Positions 27,668 through 31,259 of a stretch of DNA of 31,259 bases are shown here, in pieces. Each line of letters begins with the position of its first letter. The stretch's first letter is position 1. Source of the stretch: Chloroflexota bacterium (lineage in GTDB: Bacteria; Chloroflexota; Dehalococcoidia; Lucifugimonadales; JADFKI01). The stretch covers positions 1-31,259 of the forward strand of contig JAQBUT010000029.1 of the NCBI GenBank assembly GCA_027623195.1, written 5' to 3'. Below the pieces are notes generated by a model. The model was not told where the DNA came from, searched no databases, and worked only from the letters and a program-made list of their open reading frames with translations. The translations under genes and the position numbers were made by a program.

Positions 27668-29407
27668 TTACCTCTTCGCCACAACACTTTGCGGATTGAG
27701 ATTGCCGATACGGCCACTCTCTGTGCCGGCGCCACTGTCAATCACCGCGTTCACCAATGTCGGTATGCCGGAGTCCATAGCCTCGTTTACTGCACGGCTC
27801 AATTCATCCGGCGACGTTACCCGTACGCCGACGCCGCCAAACGCTTGCATCATTATGTCGTAGCGAGCGTCCTCGACGAAGACGGTGGTAGCGACATCGG
27901 CACCGTCTATGGGATTGGCGTCCGTCCCTCGATAGATACCACCGTTGTTGAAAACCACAACACAAATCGGCAGTTTGTAGCGGCAAATTGTTTCGATTTC
28001 CATGCCCGAAAAGCCAAAGGCGCTATCGCCTTCGATCGCCAGAACTGGGTTGCCCGTCTCCACCGCCGCCGCAATGGCCGATCCCATGCCAACTCCCATG
28101 ACACCCCACGTACCAACGTCCAAGCGCTTGCGGGGTTTGTACATGTCGATGATTGTGCGGGCAAAATCCAGCGTGTTGGCGCCCTCGTTTACAAGAATCG
28201 CATCCGGCCGCTCTTTGATAATGGTGCGTAACGCTCCAAGCGCTCCATGGAAATCCATCGGCTCGTTCTTGTTTTGTAGTCGGGGCGCCATCCGGGCAAC
28301 ATTTGTTTCCACCCTAGATTTGACCTCGTCAGTCCAGGCAGTTGGCGGCTGTGTCCAAAACTCTCCCATGCCATCAAGAAGTTCTTTAACGCATGAACCG
28401 ATGTCACCGACCACCGGCGCCGCGATCTCAACGTTGCTATCCATCTCTTTGGGTTCGATATCGACGTGGATAAATTTCTTGGACTGATCACCCCAGGTCT
28501 TGCCCTTACCATGGGACAGGAGCCAATTTAGGCGGGCGCCGATGACCATGACGACATCGGCTTCTCTCAGGACATGTGAGCGTGCCGCAGCCCCCGACTG
28601 CGGGTGTGTGTCAGGCAATAGCCCCTTTGCCATGCTCATTGGCAGGTAGGGAATACCACTCTTCTCCACCAATGCCCTGATGTCGTCATCTGCCTGCGCG
28701 TAGGCGGCCCCCTTACCGAGAATTATCAGAGGACGCTCGGCTGATTTGAGCAACCCGAGAGCGCGTTCAATCGATTCTGGTGCAGGAATTTGGCGCGGTG
28801 CCGCATCGATGACCTTAACGAGTGACTTCGCACCCGCTTCAGCGTCTATGACCTGAGCCAAGAGCTTACCTGGCAGGTCAAGATATACGCCGCCCGGTCG
28901 TCCAGAAACAGCGGCTCGGATGGCACGCGCAATGCCGATGCCGATGTCCTCGGCATTTAGGACGCGATAGGCGGCCTTACAAAGCGGCTTAGCAACGGCG
29001 AGCTGGTCCATTTCCTCATAGTCCCCTTGCTGCAAATCAACCACTTCACGTTCGGAGGAGCCGCTAATCAGGATCATCGGAAAGCAGTTGGTCGTTGCGT
29101 GAGCCAAGGCGGTGAGACCGTTGAGAAAACCCGGTGCTGACACGGTTAAACAAATGCCGGGCTTTTTCGTCAGGAAGCCCGAAGTGGCTGCTGCGTAGCC
29201 GGCGTTTTGTTCGTGCCGAAATGAGAGAATTCGCATGCCAGATGCCTGCATCATACGGCCCAGATCGGTAATGGGGATACCCGGCACATTGTAGATTGTG
29301 TTAATACCATTGAGTTTGAGAGCATCGATTACGAGACGAAAGCCATCAGTCAGCTCCCTAGTCTCTGTTATTTCTTCACCCTTAATATGAGATGTTGTAT
29401 CAACCAT
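27668..29407 (-). CDS. oxc: Oxalyl-CoA decarboxylase (ThDP-dependent)
   Basis: [70 protein letters not shown], ThDP motif [11 protein letters not shown]...NN, C-terminal [12 protein letters not shown]. Confidence 0.93.
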   Translation of the reverse strand: MVDTTSHIKGEEITETRELTDGFRLVIDALKLNGINTIYNVPGIPITDLGRMMQASGMRILSFRHEQNAGYAAATSGFLTKKPGICLTVSAPGFLNGLTALAHATTNCFPMILISGSSEREVVDLQQGDYEEMDQLAVAKPLCKAAYRVLNAEDIGIGIARAIRAAVSGRPGGVYLDLPGKLLAQVIDAEAGAKSLVKVIDAAPRQIPAPESIERALGLLKSAERPLIILGKGAAYAQADDDIRALVEKSGIPYLPMSMAKGLLPDTHPQSGAAARSHVLREADVVMVIGARLNWLLSHGKGKTWGDQSKKFIHVDIEPKEMDSNVEIAAPVVGDIGSCVKELLDGMGEFWTQPPTAWTDEVKSRVETNVARMAPRLQNKNEPMDFHGALGALRTIIKERPDAILVNEGANTLDFARTIIDMYKPRKRLDVGTWGVMGVGMGSAIAAAVETGNPVLAIEGDSAFGFSGMEIETICRYKLPICVVVFNNGGIYRGTDANPIDGADVATTVFVEDARYDIMMQAFGGVGVRVTSPDELSRAVNEAMDSGIPTLVNAVIDSGAGTESGRIGNLNPQSVVAKR

Positions 29408-29827
29408 CTTTCCCTCCTCATACGATCTTTCTTTGCCAGACTAGTATAGTACCGTAAGCCTTGACCTGCCCCAAAAACCAATCCAGTTTCAATGAGAGAT
29501 AACGGGCCAAAGGAAAAGGAAAAAAAGGGGAGAATGAATGCCAAGGAAGAGACGTACAGCGGAGCAGATCATAGGCACCATCAATGAAGTTCGACCCTCC
29601 CCCATATTCCTTCCCAGACGGTAGTTTTGAACGCAGACACAATTTGAAAACTCGGTAACTCATGGGCCAATGCGGAGGTGCCAACTCTAATCCGGGTAAT
29701 TACATATCTTCGCCACCACAATTTCACCCCACAGAAGGAACGTCCACGCAAGGAAGAGCATCTAATAGCCGCAACGACTACAATTAGACGGGATTATTGA
29801 CCAATCCTGCAATCGGTAACAACTATC

Positions 29828-30928
29828 ATGAAAACGGGAGCGATGGAAATGCCTAATAGCGAAAACATGAATACCGGCCCGAGATTGGCCTTTGTCGACT
29901 GTGAGATCGGCATCAGTGCTGATGGAGGTGGTGGTTCAGGACAGGTGAATGCGCAAGGCCGCCGCGAGGTCGTCATTAGTGGCAAGCGAATCAAGACCGT
30001 TGACGTGCATGCGCATTGCATAGTGCCGGAGGCCGCGCAGCTGATCAATCAACCGCTGGAAGCGCCTGGTCTTTTGTGGTCCAATATCGGCGATCGTTTG
30101 GCGCAGATGGATCAGACTGGCGTAGATGTTCAGGCTCTCAGCATCAATCCCTACTGGTACCGGGCTGAGCGAGATGCCGTCCCCGAATTTATTCGGGTGC
30201 AGAACGAGGCCCTGGTGGAGTTCTGCGCCTCGCACCAGGATCGGTTTATCGCCTTTGCGACCGCAGCATTGCAATTTCCCGACCTCGCAGTTGAACAGGT
30301 CGAACACGCAGTCAAGACTCTTGGATTCCGCGGCGTCAGCGTTGGCGGCAGCGTCGCCGGAGAGGAACTCGCAAACCCGAAATTCCACCCGTTCTGGGCC
30401 AAGTGTGAAGAGTTGGGTGTGCTCGTTTTCATGCATCCGCTCGGCACCCGCGAATTGGAACCGAGTGGCCGGTTAGCCGGAAATGGTCTCCTGACGAACA
30501 CTATAGGCAACCCGCTCGAAACCACGATAGCCTTGTCGCATCTGATCTTCGAAGGTACGCTTGACCGCTTTCCAGGCCTCAAGATCTGCGCCTCGCATGG
30601 CGGTGGGTTCCTGCCGTCCTATGCCAACCGCTCGGACGCGGTGATCGCGACCTTCCCGGACAAGGTAGGTCCCTTTCCGAAGAAGAAGCCGACCGAATAC
30701 ATCCGAGGTGGCCAACTGTATTTCGATTCGATAATGTTCACTGGCGAGGGCATGCGGCACCTGATCGCTGAGGCAGGGATTGATCAAATAGTACTTGGGA
30801 CCGATTACCCGTTCCCATGGAACACCACCCCGGTCGACCACGTCATGTCGATTCCCGGGCTAACCGACGAGGACCGGATCAAGATTCTCGGTGGGACGGC
30901 GGCTAAACTCCTCGGAATAGAAGGTTAG
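29828..30928 (+). CDS. Amidohydrolase family 2 (ACMSD-like decarboxylase/hydratase)
   Basis: DVHAH, FHPFWAK.EELG..VFMHP, IGNPLETT, HGGG.LP, GTDYPF; start uncertain among several ATGs. Confidence 0.88.
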   Translation: MKTGAMEMPNSENMNTGPRLAFVDCEIGISADGGGGSGQVNAQGRREVVISGKRIKTVDVHAHCIVPEAAQLINQPLEAPGLLWSNIGDRLAQMDQTGVDVQALSINPYWYRAERDAVPEFIRVQNEALVEFCASHQDRFIAFATAALQFPDLAVEQVEHAVKTLGFRGVSVGGSVAGEELANPKFHPFWAKCEELGVLVFMHPLGTRELEPSGRLAGNGLLTNTIGNPLETTIALSHLIFEGTLDRFPGLKICASHGGGFLPSYANRSDAVIATFPDKVGPFPKKKPTEYIRGGQLYFDSIMFTGEGMRHLIAEAGIDQIVLGTDYPFPWNTTPVDHVMSIPGLTDEDRIKILGGTAAKLLGIEG

Positions 30929-31132
30929 GCGATCAGGAGGTAAACGACTGCAAATACCATATCGCCAGCACCGACAAGGAAGCTGACGCCGAGACCTACT
31001 ATTCCACCACAAGGGGAGAAATTCCACAAAGAGGAAATACGGATAAAGTAACATTCCCATGGACCCATAGCGCGGGTTGAACAGTACCCTTTTGTGCCTC
31101 CACATGATATCTGCATGGCCTCGATGCCACCT
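30925..31132 (-). pseudogene. Internal fragment of a membrane GT2 glycosyltransferase
   Basis: RWHRG...WRHKRVLFNPRYG.MG...PYFLFVEF, then a frameshifted TM segment; no upstream catalytic domain. Confidence 0.7.
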
Positions 31133-31230
31133 ATTGCCGGAATGGCAAAAGGAAGCGACAGATGCCTTTGCAGAGGCCATGGAGCGGAGAGAAGTACCGA
31201 TCGCATTCGCATGTCGGCAATTTGTCGGCA
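31128..31230 (+). mobile_element. Tyrosine integrase C-terminal remnant plus arm-like direct repeat
   Basis: HLLPEWQKEATDAFAEAMER resembles the helix after the catalytic Tyr (Y-x-H-x-x-P..Q.EAA); TGTCGGCA-att-TGTCGGCA at 31212-31230. Confidence 0.55.
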
Positions 31231-31259
31231 GACTCGTAGTGTACCGTCGTTTTGCGCAG

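Noticed and set aside
29418..29684. 88-aa ORF upstream of oxc
   Set aside because: No SD or recognisable motif; spans purine tracts and the likely promoter region
1..31259. CRISPR array, rRNA, intact transposase or integrase
   Set aside because: No repeat-spacer periodicity, rRNA-like sequence or full recombinase ORF seen

Overview
Bacterial window, most likely Chloroflexota (Dehalococcoidia/SAR202-like). This is inferred mainly from the GreA carrying an N-terminal integrase-like extension and from the overall gene repertoire; no search was run. The left ~20.5 kb is mostly intact metabolic/housekeeping content: lactonase, M16 peptidase, beta-hydroxyacid dehydrogenase, two thioredoxin-fold lipoproteins, a LonC-type protease, an FAD/Fe-S oxidoreductase, a frameshifted CaCA antiporter, GreA, Lrp, a DnaJ-domain protein, a fatty-acid desaturase and an MBL hydrolase. 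From ~20.7 kb the window looks like decaying tandem genomic islands. A DUF4145/HEPN-like pseudogene is followed by an att-like tRNA 3'-end fragment at 21562-21581. To its right lie a broken nitrate-assimilation set (frameshifted nitrate reductase, 16-codon nirB stub, N-terminally truncated NarK/Nrt2 joined to a ROK stub), oxc, an amidohydrolase, a GT2 fragment and a tyrosine-integrase C-terminal remnant with arm-like repeats at the right edge. Among these broken genes sits an intact three-gene cluster of unknown Met-rich membrane proteins, built from five copies (2+1+2) of one transmembrane-hairpin repeat. It is the best candidate for an undescribed system.
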